Part shown: positions 63,207 to 64,000 of the stretch, piece by piece | Layout of the letters: the number at the start of each line of letters is the position of its first letter | How positions within the stretch are numbered: the first letter of the stretch is position 1 | Origin: Candidatus Gottesmanbacteria bacterium | GTDB taxonomy: Bacteria > Patescibacteriota > Microgenomatia > 2-02-FULL-39-11 | DNA length: 64,000 nucleotides | Assembly (NCBI GenBank): GCA_016186795.1 | Contig: JACPKY010000002.1 | Location: 218,593-282,592, forward strand | Reading direction: 5' to 3' | Translations under genes and position numbers: made by a program | Notes under the pieces: model-generated | Told to the model about the DNA's origin: nothing | The model's input: only the letters and a program-made list of their open reading frames with translations | Database searches by the model: none

Positions 63207-64000
63207 TTAACCTAAATTTTTTTTAAGAAGTTTTTTTGCGGTTTCCGCATCAATTCTACCAGATGTTTTCCGCATAAGTTGCCCGAGTAGAAACATCAAT
63301 GCATTTTCTTTTCCAGATTTATAGTCTTGTACAGCTTTTTCATTTTCTGAAATAGTTTGCTTTATAATATCCACCACCTCTTTCTCATCCATCGCTGGTT
63401 TCTTTAAAGTCTTCGCAATCTGATTTATAAACTCGCCCGGAAGAACCTTTTCAATAGTAACTTTCTTATTAATCATCCAATTTGCAATTGTTTTTGGTTG
63501 AATATCTTTTCCCATTTTTATTGAATTCTCAAAATAATTGGCAACCGCAACTTCATCGGTCAAAATTGCACTGTCATATTCTGAGAGTCCATACTCCTTC
63601 ATGAAACGAGCAATCTTTTCACCAGGAAGTTCAGGAAGACTTTCTTTCAAGCTTTGTAAGTATTTTTCGGTCCAGCGTATGGGAGGGATATCTGGTTCGG
63701 GAAAATACCGATAGTCATGGGCTTCTTCTTTACTCCGCTGAGAAAAAGTTACACCTTTCTTCTCATCCCACCCTCGAGTTTCTTGTTTTGGCACTTGCCC
63801 CTTTTCTAGAATCTCAGTATGTCTTTTTACTTCATAATCAATTGCTTTTTTGGCAAATTTGAAAGAGTTAATATTTTTTACTTCTACTTTATATTTGGGT
63901 AAATCTCCTTCTCCAATTTTTCTTTCTGAAATATTTGGCTCAAGACGCATCGATCCCTTTTCCATATCAGCATCAGAAATTCCGATGTATCGAATCACCT
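63207..64000 (-). CDS. gatB: Asp-tRNA(Asn)/Glu-tRNA(Gln) amidotransferase subunit B (5' end outside window)
   Basis: MEKGSMR, EVKNINS, QETR, YRYFPEPD, Yqey tail. Confidence 0.96.
   Translation of the reverse strand, partial: VIRYIGISDADMEKGSMRLEPNISERKIGEGDLPKYKVEVKNINSFKFAKKAIDYEVKRHTEILEKGQVPKQETRGWDEKKGVTFSQRSKEEAHDYRYFPEPDIPPIRWTEKYLQSLKESLPELPGEKIARFMKEYGLSEYDSAILTDEVAVANYFENSIKMGKDIQPKTIANWMINKKVTIEKVLPGEFINQIAKTLKKPAMDEKEVVDIIKQTISENEKAVQDYKSGKENALMFLLGQLMRKTSGRIDAETAKKLLKKNLG

Overview
This is a gene-dense bacterial chromosome segment using the standard code (TGA is a stop). The short HolA and AtpH, the RND/MFP pair without an outer-membrane factor and the general gene style suggest Patescibacteria/CPR, probably Microgenomates; this is an inference, as no rRNA is present. 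Positions 1-24.5 kb hold housekeeping and accessory genes: PMM/PGM, holA, an RND efflux pair, tauE, ychF, a GH5 hydrolase, ABC exporters, dedA, typA, an acyltransferase, tryptophanase, tRNA-Glu, rplS, sod and tRNA-Lys. Positions 24.5-52.5 kb hold a ~28 kb de novo pyrimidine plus purine supercluster, which is unexpected for this lineage. Positions 52.6-64 kb hold the F1Fo ATP synthase operon, dnaE, a degenerate GGDEF protein and gatB. The best candidate for an undescribed system is the end of the purine operon. It contains a translationally coupled, AT-richer block (M20 hydrolase, two archaeal-type PurP paralogues, purB, an orphan HExxH protein, and a PurA with altered substrate-contact residues) followed by a GuaB-like protein with GMP-reductase-like features. 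No purH/purO, purL/Q/S, purK or guaA is in the window. Other notable points: a class II PurE, a PurD-PurM fusion, an aspartase beside a pyrD that has no pyrK, a stand-alone 45-aa (X-Pro-Leu)n peptide, and widespread apparently leaderless genes. All calls rest on motif recognition by eye; no searches were run.
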